A DNA stretch of 64,000 nt from positions 12,501 to 76,500 of the forward strand of contig CAZRVU010000007.1 of assembly GCA_964603615.1 (NCBI GenBank), in the 5' to 3' direction. The notes beneath the pieces are model-generated. The model searched no databases and was not told the DNA's origin. It worked only from the letters and a program-made list of their open reading frames with translations. Both the position numbers and the translations under genes were made by a program. Positions 19,699-33,273 of the stretch are shown here, one piece after another. Numbering within the stretch: the stretch's first letter is position 1; the number at the start of each line of letters is the position of its first letter. Source of the stretch: an uncultured Desulfovibrionaceae bacterium (GTDB lineage Bacteria; Bacillota; Dethiobacteria; DTU022; UBA8154).

Positions 19699-19986
19699 AT
19701 GAATTTAAAGCCTTTAGGGGACAGAGTTATTGTTAAAGTATTAGAAGAAGAGGAGAAGACCAGTTCCGGTATTGTCCTTCCGGACAAGGCTAAGGAAAAA
19801 CCCCAGGAGGGTGAAGTAAAGGCAATCGGACCGGGCCGGGTTCTCGATGACGGGAAAAGGCTTGAAATGGATGTAAAAGTTGGCGATAAGGTGGTATATT
19901 CTAAATATGCCGGTACGGAAATCAAAATTGATGGAGAAGAATACTTAATTTTACGACAAGATGATATACTGGGTGTTTTTGCCTAA
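19699..19986 (+). CDS. groES: Co-chaperonin GroES
   Basis: 95 aa. [11 protein letters not shown]...GEVKAIGPG...[17 protein letters not shown] motifs. Confidence 0.95.
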   Translation: MNLKPLGDRVIVKVLEEEEKTSSGIVLPDKAKEKPQEGEVKAIGPGRVLDDGKRLEMDVKVGDKVVYSKYAGTEIKIDGEEYLILRQDDILGVFA

Positions 19987-20123
19987 AAAAACAGGTTAAA
20001 TTTAGACAGGCAGTAAGAAGAATTATGAAGTTATCCCGGGCAGGCTGTTTCCGGTGTTTGTAAAAAATGCTACAAGGTATTTGCAAGGGAGAACCCCGGG
20101 CTCCCATTTTGCAGGGGCAATAG

Positions 20124-21830
<1,707 letters not shown>

Positions 21831-21947
21831 GCAAGAGCAAAAAGAAAAAAAGATAAATTGTCCTCCAGCAAATAAAGGAGGGCCAGATAAGGGGGAACCA
21901 TATACTAGACACGGTTCTCCCTTGTTTTTTTAAGAAAGTAAAAAGAT

Positions 21948-22175
21948 ATGATTCCACTGCAAAAATTACATTCTGCTGCATAAAACGAAATTTGCTGGGG
22001 CGGGAGCTGTAAAAATCAGCCCATAAAGACACCACAATTTTGAAGCAAAAATGGCAGGACGCCATTTTAGGGCCTTTTGAAGAGGACGTTCAATGGGCCC
22101 GGGCGAAAAATTGTCAGTCGAAGGGATGCTGATTTCAGCGAACGCCTGGCAAGCGGGGTTTATGCAGTAGAATCA
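21948..22175 (+). mobile_element. Copy 1 of a ~228-bp repeat element with ~12-bp terminal inverted repeats (TGATTCCACTGCA ... TGCAGTAGAATCA). MITE-like element or small structured RNA gene.
   Basis: ~95% identical to the reverse complement of 34434-34661. Termini are inverted repeats of each other. No long ORF. Contains an internal hairpin AAAATGGC-aggac-GCCATTTT. Confidence 0.6.
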
Positions 22176-22286
22176 AAGGATAAGTTATGGTTAAGGAATG
22201 TTAGACCGGCAGGAGATAAAGATTTTCCTGGCGAATAAATTTTAAAGAACATAATTAATAAAAAGTAGGCTCCGGAGGAATGAACG

Positions 22287-23231
22287 GTGAAGAACTTTGT
22301 GTCAAACAGCATTAGAGAAATTAAGACTAAAGTAGGTTCCCAGGGTAAGGCTGTCTGTGGCTTAAGCGGTGGTGTTGATTCCGCCGTAGCAGCACTGCTG
22401 GTCCACCAGGCTATCGGGCCCCGTTTGACCTGTATTTTTGTGGATAATGGCTTGCTGCGTAAAGGGGAAAGGGAGCAGGTTCAAAATATTTTTCGAGATA
22501 AATTCAATTTAAGATTAATTACTGTCGATGCTACGGCAGAAATTTTGGAATTGTTGCGGGGGGTCACCGACCCGGAACAGAAAAGAAAGATAATTGGACA
22601 TCATTTTATTGCTGTTTTTGCCCGGGAAGCGGAGAAGTCTGGCGGGATCGATTTCTTGGTGCAGGGCACTCTTCGTTCAGATGTCGTAGAGAGTGGAACA
22701 CCGGCCGCAGCTTTGATTAAATCCCATCACAATGTGGGCGGCCTGCCGTCAGAAATGCCTTTCAGCCTGCTGGAACCGCTGTGCCATCTTTTTAAGGATG
22801 AGGTGCGCGCCGTTGCCGCGGAGTTGGGCTTGCCGGAGGAGATCGCTTGGAGGCACCCTTTCCCCGGCCCTGGCCTGGCGGTGCGTATTATCGGTGAAAT
22901 TACTGCCGAAAAAATAGCCATTTTACAAGCAGCAGATTTTATTGTCATGGAGGAGATTAAAAAGGCCGGCCTTTACCGTAAGATATGGCAGGTTTTTGCT
23001 GTCTTACCAAATATCCGCAGTGTTGGCGTTAAAGAAGGCCGCCGCGTTTATGGGCACACGATCGCCTTGCGTGCCGTGACTAGCCGGGATGGCACGACGG
23101 CTGATTGGTATCCCTTTCCCTGGGATGTCCTGCGCATTATCTCTGATAGAATTGTGCAAGAAATCCCGGAAGTGAACCGTTTCGTCTATGATCTCACGGC
23201 CAAACCACCTGGCACGATCGAATGGGAATAG
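22287..23231 (+). CDS. guaA: GMP synthase PP-ATPase (C-terminal) subunit, stand-alone. No glutamine amidotransferase domain in this ORF.
   Basis: SGGVDS PP-loop plus [31 protein letters not shown] and the C-terminal ...IEWE. GTG start with a GGAGGA RBS. A TGA stop lies immediately upstream in frame. Confidence 0.8.
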   Translation: MKNFVSNSIREIKTKVGSQGKAVCGLSGGVDSAVAALLVHQAIGPRLTCIFVDNGLLRKGEREQVQNIFRDKFNLRLITVDATAEILELLRGVTDPEQKRKIIGHHFIAVFAREAEKSGGIDFLVQGTLRSDVVESGTPAAALIKSHHNVGGLPSEMPFSLLEPLCHLFKDEVRAVAAELGLPEEIAWRHPFPGPGLAVRIIGEITAEKIAILQAADFIVMEEIKKAGLYRKIWQVFAVLPNIRSVGVKEGRRVYGHTIALRAVTSRDGTTADWYPFPWDVLRIISDRIVQEIPEVNRFVYDLTAKPPGTIEWE

Positions 23232-23347
23232 TGTTTTCAAATTGTGTGCTTTATATGTTAGGATAAAAATAGTAAGATAAGAAAAGATGAAAGCAGTTAT
23301 CGGTATAGTTTCTGTAAGCTTTGTCTGGTGCAGGAGGTGCATCTATT

Positions 23348-23869
23348 ATGGCGCTGGTTAGCGTGGTGATGGGCAGCGATTCGGACCTGCCCGTCATGTC
23401 TTTATGTCTGGATGTCCTGGCGGAATTTCAGCTTTCTTATGAAGTACGGATCTCTTCAGCCCACCGCTTGCCGAAGGAGACGGCTGAATTTGCCCGGAAT
23501 GCAGCAGGAAGGGGTGTCGCGGTTGTTATTGCTGGGGCAGGAGGAGCAGCCCATCTGGCCGGGGTTATTGCTGCCTGGACCCCTTTACCCGTTATTGCCG
23601 TTCCCCTCAGCAGCTCACCCCTGGGGGGCCTTGACGCGCTTTATGCCACGGTTCAGATGCCCGGGGGTATTCCCGTGGCTACGGTGGCGGTGGATGGTGC
23701 TCTTAACGCCGGGATTTTAGCTGCACAGATCTGTGCTCTGCAGGATCCGGCGCTGCGAGACCGGATTGTAGATTATAAGCAGGAGTTGGCACGGGGAGTC
23801 AAGAAAAAAAACGATATTTTACAGAAGGTCGGTTACCGGCAATACTTGCAGCAACATTCCGGTTCCTGA
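23348..23869 (+). CDS. purE: N5-carboxyaminoimidazole ribonucleotide mutase (class I PurE; SAHR motif)
   Basis: VMGSDSDLPVM and SSAHRLP motifs. AGGAGG lies 10 nt before the ATG. Confidence 0.9.
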   Translation: MALVSVVMGSDSDLPVMSLCLDVLAEFQLSYEVRISSAHRLPKETAEFARNAAGRGVAVVIAGAGGAAHLAGVIAAWTPLPVIAVPLSSSPLGGLDALYATVQMPGGIPVATVAVDGALNAGILAAQICALQDPALRDRIVDYKQELARGVKKKNDILQKVGYRQYLQQHSGS

Positions 23870-23967
23870 TTATTCCCTTAAGACATGCTTGAAACAATCA
23901 AATTTGATAGGATCAGTATCTTTATACCTTTGCGCTTGTACGTAACAAACATGGGAGGCTCTGCTTA

Positions 23968-25386
23968 ATGTATACTTCTTGTTATTATTCAAGGAAGAAG
24001 CGGGAAGGCAGCCAGGTAGATATATCCAATTCTGATAAAATGAAAGAAGCTTGCGGGGTGTTTGGTATTTTTGCACCCGGCGAAGATCTTTTCCGTCTTA
24101 CCAATTATGCTTTGTATGCTTTACAACATCGTGGTCAGGAAAGTGCGGGAATTGCTCTGAGCGATGGTCAAAACATCTTTTTAAAAAAGGGGTTGGGCCT
24201 GGTTGCAGAGGTTTTTCCCAGTTGGCAGGGTTTTAAAGATATTACGGCTGTTGGTGCTCTGGGACATGTCTATTACTCTGTCCGCGAAAATGCCCGTCCT
24301 GAAAATGTGCAACCCCTGCTCGTGCGTTACTGGCAGGGGAATTTAGCCATTGCTTACAATGGAAACTTGATCAATGCGCAGGAATTAAGAGATAAGTTGG
24401 AGGCGGAAGGTTCTATTTTTCAAACTATGACGGATAGTGAGCTGATTGCTCACCTGATTGCCCGTTCCGGTCAAAGGGATTTGGAATCTGCTCTCCAGAA
24501 TATCCTGCCTCTTTTGCGCGGTGCCTACTCCCTGCTTTTTTTAACCGGAGACAAGCTAATCGGGTTGCGCGATCCTTATGCGATCAGGCCTTTGTCCCTG
24601 GGTCGCTGGCAAGGCCGCTTTGTGTTGGCTTCGGAAACATGTGCTTTTGATACGATCGGTGCAGAAAAAATAAGGGATATTGGTCCTGGCGAAATGGTGG
24701 TAATTGACAAAGATGGTTTGCGCAGCGTTCAGGTTATGCCCTCGCCGCGCACCGCCTTTTGTGTTTTCGAATTTATTTATTTTGCCCGGCCGGATAGCGA
24801 TATTCATGATAAAAACGTCTATCTTGTCCGCAAAAAACTGGGCTGCCAACTGGCTAAAGAACATCCTGTAGAAGCGGATCTGGTGACTGGTGTTCCAGAT
24901 TCAAGCTTGGCGGCTGCTTCCGGTTATGCTGAAGAGCTGGGGCTTCCTTACGAATGGGGGCTGATCAAAAACCGCTATATTGGACGTACTTTTCTTCAGC
25001 CCTGCCAAGAAATCCGTGATGTAGGTGTACACTTAAAATTAAATATCGTAAAAAAAGTGGTACAGGGTAAAAAAGTCGTGGTCGTCGATGATTCCATTGT
25101 CCGGGGAACGACCAGTATAAAATTGGTAGATATGTTTAAGCAAGCCGGTGCCAGGGAGGTACACCTGCGGATCGGCTCGCCTCCCATTATCGGTCCTTGT
25201 TACTACGGAATCAGCACCCCCGATCACAAGGAATTGATTGGCGCTAAGCGGAGTATTGAAGAGATCCGCCAAGAAATTGGGGCCACAACGCTGCAGTATT
25301 TGAGTCACCGGGGTATGCTCGAATCGGTGGGGTTGCCGCAGGAAAGCCTTTGTATGGCTTGTTTTTCGGGCGAGTACCCCTTTTAA
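23968..25386 (+). CDS. purF: Amidophosphoribosyltransferase (with an N-terminal propeptide before the catalytic Cys; alternative start ATG 24040)
   Basis: ACGVFGIF N-terminal nucleophile motif, a PRTase domain (VVVDDSIVRGTT) and C-terminal Fe-S cysteines. GGGAGG RBS lies before the ATG at 23968. Confidence 0.9.
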   Translation: MYTSCYYSRKKREGSQVDISNSDKMKEACGVFGIFAPGEDLFRLTNYALYALQHRGQESAGIALSDGQNIFLKKGLGLVAEVFPSWQGFKDITAVGALGHVYYSVRENARPENVQPLLVRYWQGNLAIAYNGNLINAQELRDKLEAEGSIFQTMTDSELIAHLIARSGQRDLESALQNILPLLRGAYSLLFLTGDKLIGLRDPYAIRPLSLGRWQGRFVLASETCAFDTIGAEKIRDIGPGEMVVIDKDGLRSVQVMPSPRTAFCVFEFIYFARPDSDIHDKNVYLVRKKLGCQLAKEHPVEADLVTGVPDSSLAAASGYAEELGLPYEWGLIKNRYIGRTFLQPCQEIRDVGVHLKLNIVKKVVQGKKVVVVDDSIVRGTTSIKLVDMFKQAGAREVHLRIGSPPIIGPCYYGISTPDHKELIGAKRSIEEIRQEIGATTLQYLSHRGMLESVGLPQESLCMACFSGEYPF

Positions 25387-25407
25387 AAAGGAGGCAATTA
25401 AAGGTTT

Positions 25408-26451
25408 ATGGAAAGCTTTGATTATAAAAAAGCCGGTGTGGATTTAGAGGCCGGGGAAAAAATTGTCGATGAGATCAAACAAATGGTTCAATCCACTTTT
25501 CGCCCGGAGGTTTTAACGGATTTGGGCGGTTTTGCCGGTCTTTTTCAACTGGACCCTGCTGCCTACCGTGCCCCTGTTTTAGCTGCAGCGACTGATGGCG
25601 TCGGGACCAAGTTAAAGATAGCCTTTATGCTGGGCAAGCATGATACGGTGGGTATTGACGTTGTAGCTATGTGTGTCAATGATCTTCTCGTCCAGGGAGC
25701 CGAGCCTCTTTTTTTCCTTGACTATCTGGCAGTAGGGAAAATGGAGGTTTCCCAGGTTACGGAGATCGTTCGCGGCGTTACGGCTGGCTGCCGGCAGGCA
25801 GGGTGTTCCCTTTTGGGTGGCGAAACTGCGGAAATGCCTGGCTTTTATGCCTCAGGGGAATATGATTTGGCAGGTTTTGCCCTCGGTATTGTGGAAAAAG
25901 ATAAAATTATTGATGGCAAGCAGATCGTTCCCGGTGATATCCTGATTGGCCTTGCTTCCACTGGCCTGCACAGTAACGGTTTCTCGCTGGTCAGAAAAAT
26001 TTTTTTGGAACATGCACACCTGAGCCTGGATCTTTATCTACCGCAACTGGGCACTACTTTAGGAGAAGAGCTATTAAAACCGACAGCAATTTATGTTTCC
26101 CTTGTTTTGCCTCTTTTACGGGAATTTCCGATTAAGGGACTGGCGCATATTACCGGCGGGGGATTAAAGCTAAACTTGCCACGCATTTTGCCGGCGGGGT
26201 TAAAGGCAATCCTTGAAAAAGAGCGCTGGGTAACACCCCCGGTCTTTTCTCTTGTGCAGGAGTACGGAAATGTTCAAGAAAAAGAGATGTTTCGTACTTT
26301 TAATATGGGGATTGGCCTGGTGTTAGTTGTTTCTTCGCAGTCGGCCGTGCCCCTTCTGGAACGGATTAAGGAAAAGGGTGGCCAGGCCTGGCAAATTGGT
26401 TATCTCGAAGAATATTGTGGCGAAAAAGGAGACATTGTAGAAATCAGGTAA
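25408..26451 (+). CDS. purM: Phosphoribosylformylglycinamidine cyclo-ligase (AIR synthetase)
   Basis: 347 aa. [12 protein letters not shown]-terminus, a typical PurM. Confidence 0.9.
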   Translation: MESFDYKKAGVDLEAGEKIVDEIKQMVQSTFRPEVLTDLGGFAGLFQLDPAAYRAPVLAAATDGVGTKLKIAFMLGKHDTVGIDVVAMCVNDLLVQGAEPLFFLDYLAVGKMEVSQVTEIVRGVTAGCRQAGCSLLGGETAEMPGFYASGEYDLAGFALGIVEKDKIIDGKQIVPGDILIGLASTGLHSNGFSLVRKIFLEHAHLSLDLYLPQLGTTLGEELLKPTAIYVSLVLPLLREFPIKGLAHITGGGLKLNLPRILPAGLKAILEKERWVTPPVFSLVQEYGNVQEKEMFRTFNMGIGLVLVVSSQSAVPLLERIKEKGGQAWQIGYLEEYCGEKGDIVEIR

Positions 26452-26584
26452 ATGCCGTGGTCGGGGTGGGTTGTGTAGTGCCTGCAGGGATTAAGTAAGC
26501 GTGTAACCTGGTGCATCGCGGGATAGTCGCTACCTGCAGGGTTTACACACGGGATAAACGAGCAAAGAACAGGAGGTATCTGGG

Positions 26585-27190
26585 ATGCGGTTAGCTGTGC
26601 TGGCATCGGGTTTTGGCAGTAATCTGCAAGCGATCATCGATGCTGCAGAAAGCAGGAAGATAAAAGGGCGCGTGGAAATTGTAATTAGCGACAAAGCAGA
26701 TGCTTACGCGCTCGAAAGAGCCGGGCAGCATGATATTACGGCGGTTCATATTAACCCGCGGCATTTTTCGGGGCGGGAAGAATATGATCGGGCCCTTCTT
26801 GCCTTACTACAAGAAAAAAACATTGGGCTGGTGGTCCTGGCTGGCTATATGCGTTTGTTATCCCCTGTTTTGGTGAGCGGCTTTCGGGGTAAGATAATGA
26901 ATATCCATCCGGCGCTGTTGCCCTCATTCCCGGGATTAGATGGTGTGCAACAAGCTATCGATTATGGTGTGAAAGTTAGCGGTTGCACTATTCACTTTGT
27001 TGACGAGGGTTTGGACACAGGCCCGATCATATTGCAGGAAGCCGTGCCGGTTTACGATTACGATACGGTTGATTCTCTCCAGGAACGCATTCATGGGGTC
27101 GAACACCGTCTTTACCCCCGTGCTATACAACTTTTTATTGCAGGGAAATTAAAGCTGGAAGGGAGAAAATGTTTTCAAAATGAAGCCTAA
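26585..27190 (+). CDS. purN: Phosphoribosylglycinamide formyltransferase
   Basis: VLASGFGSNLQAII and HPALLPSFPG motifs. Confidence 0.9.
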   Translation: MRLAVLASGFGSNLQAIIDAAESRKIKGRVEIVISDKADAYALERAGQHDITAVHINPRHFSGREEYDRALLALLQEKNIGLVVLAGYMRLLSPVLVSGFRGKIMNIHPALLPSFPGLDGVQQAIDYGVKVSGCTIHFVDEGLDTGPIILQEAVPVYDYDTVDSLQERIHGVEHRLYPRAIQLFIAGKLKLEGRKCFQNEA

Positions 27191-28730
27191 AAAAGCTCTA
27201 ATCAGTGTTTCTGATAAAACAGGGGTAGTAATTTTTGCACAGGAACTGGAAACGATGGGCTGGGAAATTATTTCCACCGGGGGAACGGCTGCTGCATTAA
27301 GGAAGGCCGGGGTGCAGGTGCAGGATGTGAGCGAACTGACCGGGTTTCCGGAAATTTTGGAAGGCCGTTTAAAAACACTGCATCCCCTGGTCCATGGAGG
27401 CATTCTCGGGCGTAGGGATTCCGAATTGCATCGCCAGCAATGGCAAGAACATGGTATTACTGCTATCGATTTGGTTGCGGTTAACCTTTATCCTTTTATG
27501 GAAGTTATAGCAAAAAAGGGTGTGAGTCTGGAAAAAGCCGTAGAAAATATCGATATCGGCGGTCCGACGATGATCAGGGCTGCGGCCAAGAATTATGGTG
27601 ATGTTATTGTTGTGGTTAACCCGGGCGATTACAGCACTGTTATCGAAGAGTTACGACGGGATGGAGATTTGTCACTTTCCAACCGTTATGACCTGGCTGT
27701 TAAAGCTTTTTCGCAGACGGCTTACTATGATAGTATTATCAGTAATTATTTACGCGAACAAGGAACAAAAAAAGAGTATTTCCCGGCAACGTTGACCATG
27801 CCCTGGTGCAAAGTGCAGGATTTACGTTATGGGGAGAATCCTCAGCAAAAGGCTTCTTTTTACCGGGAACCACTGCCGGACAAAACTTCACTAGCTGCCG
27901 GCAAACAGCTACAGGGGATAGGGCTTTCATTTAATAATATCAATGATCTACAGGCTACCTGGGAGATCGTGCAGGAATTTACGGAACCGGCGGCTGTGGC
28001 GGTTAAGCATACCAATCCCTGTGGGGTCGGTGAAGCCGGGACTCTTTGGGAAGCTTATCAGAAGGCTTATGCTGCCGATCCTATCTCAATTTTTGGGGGT
28101 ATAATCGCACTGAATAGGGAAGTGGATGAAGAAACAGCCAAAGAGATGTCGAAAATTTTTCTGGAAGCAGTCGCCGCTCCCGCCTTTTCGGCAACGGCCC
28201 TGGAGATTCTTAGCCGTAAAAAAAATATTCGACTGTTGGAGATGACTCCGGGTTCTCCGAAAGGCGAAAGTAAAGCGCTCAATTTTAAAAAAGTGAGCGG
28301 CGGGCTTTTATTGCAGGAAGACCTGCAAAAAATCTATGATCTACAGGAATGGCGCACAGTAACTACTAGAAAGCCGACGGAACAGGAACTAAAGGATCTT
28401 CTCTTTGCTTTAAAAGTAGTTAAACATGTGAAATCCAATGCTATCGTTATTGCCAAAAGGCAACAGACTTTAGGCATCGGGGCCGGGCAGATGAGCCGTG
28501 TCGGTGCAGTCAAAATTGCTGTCGAACAAGCCGGGGAAAAGATTAAGGGGAGCGTCCTGGCCTCCGATGCTTTCTTCCCCTTCCGTGACGGCGTTGAAAT
28601 TGCAGCGCGCGAAGGTGTTACCGCAATTGTCCAACCCGGCGGGTCCAATCGTGATGAAGAAGCCATTGCTGCTTGTGAAGAATATCACGTGGCTATGCTT
28701 TTTACAGGGAAAAGGTATTTTAAACATTAA
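27180..28730 (+). CDS. purH: Bifunctional AICAR transformylase / IMP cyclohydrolase
   Basis: KKALISVSDKTG MGS-like N-terminus and an AICARFT domain. 516 aa. Confidence 0.9.
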   Translation: MKPKKALISVSDKTGVVIFAQELETMGWEIISTGGTAAALRKAGVQVQDVSELTGFPEILEGRLKTLHPLVHGGILGRRDSELHRQQWQEHGITAIDLVAVNLYPFMEVIAKKGVSLEKAVENIDIGGPTMIRAAAKNYGDVIVVVNPGDYSTVIEELRRDGDLSLSNRYDLAVKAFSQTAYYDSIISNYLREQGTKKEYFPATLTMPWCKVQDLRYGENPQQKASFYREPLPDKTSLAAGKQLQGIGLSFNNINDLQATWEIVQEFTEPAAVAVKHTNPCGVGEAGTLWEAYQKAYAADPISIFGGIIALNREVDEETAKEMSKIFLEAVAAPAFSATALEILSRKKNIRLLEMTPGSPKGESKALNFKKVSGGLLLQEDLQKIYDLQEWRTVTTRKPTEQELKDLLFALKVVKHVKSNAIVIAKRQQTLGIGAGQMSRVGAVKIAVEQAGEKIKGSVLASDAFFPFRDGVEIAAREGVTAIVQPGGSNRDEEAIAACEEYHVAMLFTGKRYFKH

Positions 28731-28863
28731 ATTAAAAAGAGTTGATATCCGGAGGCAAAACACAAGCATATTACAAGAAAGGTCCAGAACAGAAAAATCA
28801 AAATGGTAATGACCAAGCAATTACATAAAAAGAAAAAATGCGCTTCATGGGGGGAGTTATAAA

Positions 28864-30150
28864 TTGCGTGTACTGGTTATTGGGAGCGGAGGCCGGGAAC
28901 ATGCTTTGGCCTGGAAATTGGCACAAAGCCCCGAAGTCAGGAAGGTTTTTTGTGCGCCGGGTAATGCCGGTATTGCTTCCCATGCAGAATGTGTACCTTT
29001 TAAAGCGGATGATCAGGAAAATATCTTGCGTTTTGCCCGGGAAAAAAACATTAACCTCACTGTGGTTGGTCCGGAGGCGCCTTTGGTTGACGGCATCGTA
29101 GATTTGTTTCAAGAAAATGATCTCTTGATTTTTGGACCGTCGCAAAAAGGGGCGTTGCTGGAAGGAAGCAAAAGCCAGGCGAAAAAGTTCATGGCTAAAT
29201 ACAATATCCCCTCGGCTGCTTATGCAGATTTTCACAGCCGGCAGGAGGCTCTAAACTATCTTCAGAACGCTGCCTATCCTTTGGTCGTGAAGGCCGATGG
29301 CCTGGCCGCTGGCAAAGGTGTGCTCATAGCTTCCAGCTATGAAGAGGCCCGTGAATTTGTGCATGCTGTTATGGCTGCCAAAATTTTTGGTGCGGCTGGT
29401 GAAAAGATTGTCATCGAAGAGTTTCTATCAGGAGAGGAAGTCTCTATTTTTGCCATTACAGATGGGTATACTTATTTTACACTCCCCTCTGTTCAGGATC
29501 ATAAAGCAGTTTATGAGGGGGATCGCGGCCCCAATACAGGGGGTATGGGCGCTTATTCGCCTGCTCCTGTGCTTACGGGACAGCTTCTGAAAAGGGTGCA
29601 TAAAGAAATTTTTGAACCGGTGTTTGCGGGCCTGCGTGCAGAGGGTATTACTTATCGCGGGGTTCTCTATGGGGGGTTGATCATTACCCCGGAGGGTGAA
29701 CCAAAAGTTTTGGAATTTAATGTGCGTTTTGGTGATCCGGAGGCACAGGTTCTTTTTCCCCTATTGCGCACGGATCTTTTTCCGTTGCTTTACGAAACAG
29801 CGCGGGGAAACCTGCGTTCGCTCTGGCCGCCGGCCTGGGAAGAAGGGGCGGTTGTTTGTGTAATTATGGCTGCGCAAGGCTACCCGGGCGTTTATGAAAC
29901 GGGTAAGGAGATTAGGGGGCTAGCAAAGGTGCCCGATTTGCAAAAAGCCATGATTTTTCATTCCGGAACATCATTTAAAGATAAAAAAATTGTGACTGCT
30001 GGGGGAAGAGTGCTAGGTATAACGGCCTGGCAGGACAATTTGGAGGCGGCGCTGGAACAAGCTTACCGGCTTGTAGCGGAGATCGACTTTGAGGGAAAAT
30101 ACTACCGCCGCGATATTGCCCATCGTGCTTTAGGCCGCAAAGAGATTTAG
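28864..30150 (+). CDS. purD: Phosphoribosylamine-glycine ligase
   Basis: MRVLVIGSGGREHALAWKL N-terminus and an ATP-grasp domain. Confidence 0.9.
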   Translation: MRVLVIGSGGREHALAWKLAQSPEVRKVFCAPGNAGIASHAECVPFKADDQENILRFAREKNINLTVVGPEAPLVDGIVDLFQENDLLIFGPSQKGALLEGSKSQAKKFMAKYNIPSAAYADFHSRQEALNYLQNAAYPLVVKADGLAAGKGVLIASSYEEAREFVHAVMAAKIFGAAGEKIVIEEFLSGEEVSIFAITDGYTYFTLPSVQDHKAVYEGDRGPNTGGMGAYSPAPVLTGQLLKRVHKEIFEPVFAGLRAEGITYRGVLYGGLIITPEGEPKVLEFNVRFGDPEAQVLFPLLRTDLFPLLYETARGNLRSLWPPAWEEGAVVCVIMAAQGYPGVYETGKEIRGLAKVPDLQKAMIFHSGTSFKDKKIVTAGGRVLGITAWQDNLEAALEQAYRLVAEIDFEGKYYRRDIAHRALGRKEI

Positions 30151-30191
30151 TGTGTCAGAAGGAAGATAGGCTGTTTGAAAACACCATAAAA

Positions 30192-30232
30192 TCCGATGCA
30201 AACGCTTAAGATGACAACGGTTAAGCAGTTAC
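30192..30232 (+). promoter_or_regulatory. Conserved ~40-nt motif/hairpin (TCCGATGCAAACGCTTAAG-ATGACAACGG-TTAAGCAGTTAC) between purD and ligA. Paralogous to 49324-49362 and 19291-19313.
   Basis: ~80% identical to the element upstream of rpsP. The stem has compensatory changes (GCTTAA/TTAAGC versus GCTCAG/CTGAGC) around a conserved loop GATGACAACG. Confidence 0.5.
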
Positions 30233-30239
30233 GGTGTAA

Positions 30240-32324
<2,085 letters not shown>

Positions 32325-32328
32325 AGTT

Positions 32329-32610
32329 TTATTTTCCGGATTTGATATTGTGTCGCGGGTGTTCCTGAACAAGTTTGATGGCTTTAGTTATGGCGCCGAT
32401 GACATCGACATATTTTTGTATCTCTAGCAGATCCGCCCGGGCATAAGAAGCCCCTTTTGCCGTTACAACGTAACGCGGGGGCAGATCGTTAAGGGCTAAG
32501 GCAGCAATATCCAGGCGGCATTGTTCACATTTACACATATCCTTTCCCACCAACAGTTCTTCTACAGCACCGAATACTATTTTTTCCATTAAATTTTGTA
32601 AAACAGGCAT
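32329..32610 (-). CDS. ComFB-like (late competence development protein ComFB family) small Cys-containing protein
   Basis: CKCEQCRLDIAALALNDLPPRYVV matches the ComFB family pattern (Cys cluster + ALN.LPP.Y). AGGAGG RBS lies 8 nt before the ATG at 32610 (track ORF begins further upstream). Confidence 0.55.
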   Translation of the reverse strand: MPVLQNLMEKIVFGAVEELLVGKDMCKCEQCRLDIAALALNDLPPRYVVTAKGASYARADLLEIQKYVDVIGAITKAIKLVQEHPRHNIKSGK

Positions 32611-32653
32611 TATTTTTTCCTCCTTGAAATTATAAATTTTGAAAAAGGAAACT

Positions 32654-33109
32654 TCAACACATTTTTTTAATGAGAGCGATTTCATCACAGTTTGGAAATT
32701 TGGGGCAGTTTATGCACTCCATCCAAACCTTCTGCGGCAGATTATCCTTGTCGATGCGCGTAAAGCCCCATTTTTCAAAGAATCCGGGTTGATAAGTAAG
32801 GGCAAATACTTGGGATATTTTTAATCTTCTACTTTCCCGGAGCAGTCTGAAGACAATGGTTTTCCCCAACCCTTTCTTGATATAGCCGGGATCGATGGCC
32901 AAAGAGCAAATTTCTGCCAGATCCCTCCAAAGGACGTGTAAACCGCCTACCCCAATGATTGTCTCTTTTTCTTCGATTACTGTATAGTCTCTGATTTTTT
33001 GGTAAAGAGAAGGAATAGTCCGGGGAAGCATCATCCCTTTTTCTGCGTAGGAATTAATGAGCGCTGCCATGTTTTTAACATCTGATACTTTTGCTTTTCT
33101 GAGAAACAT
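32654..33109 (-). CDS. GNAT acetyltransferase of the short N-acetylglutamate synthase (ArgA-like) type with a C-terminal Cys4 ribbon
   Basis: Pattern KAKVSDVKNMAALINSYAEKGMMLPRTIPSLYQKIRDYTVIEE...GVGGLHVLWRDLAEICSLAI resembles short-form NAGS. Ends with CINCPKFPNCDE. Confidence 0.55.
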   Translation of the reverse strand: MFLRKAKVSDVKNMAALINSYAEKGMMLPRTIPSLYQKIRDYTVIEEKETIIGVGGLHVLWRDLAEICSLAIDPGYIKKGLGKTIVFRLLRESRRLKISQVFALTYQPGFFEKWGFTRIDKDNLPQKVWMECINCPKFPNCDEIALIKKMC

Positions 33110-33273
33110 TTCGTTAGGAAAACCACCTTTCTTTCTTTAAACATTTTATCTCAAATAGCTGTTGTTGGATAGATCTTTTTGGGCGAAGCAGGCAGTTTGT
33201 TTTTTAATAGCATAAAATCTTATGCTATAATATGCGGGGGCGCCCATCATTTAGGATAAAGGAGGACGATATT

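Noticed and set aside
22100-22286. Looked for a purine (guanine/adenine) or ZTP riboswitch upstream of guaA'/purE
   Set aside because: I could not find the conserved purine-riboswitch loop motifs (UAUA...GUUUCUACC...CCGUAAAU) or the ZTP pfl core. The region is instead occupied by the inverted repeat element.
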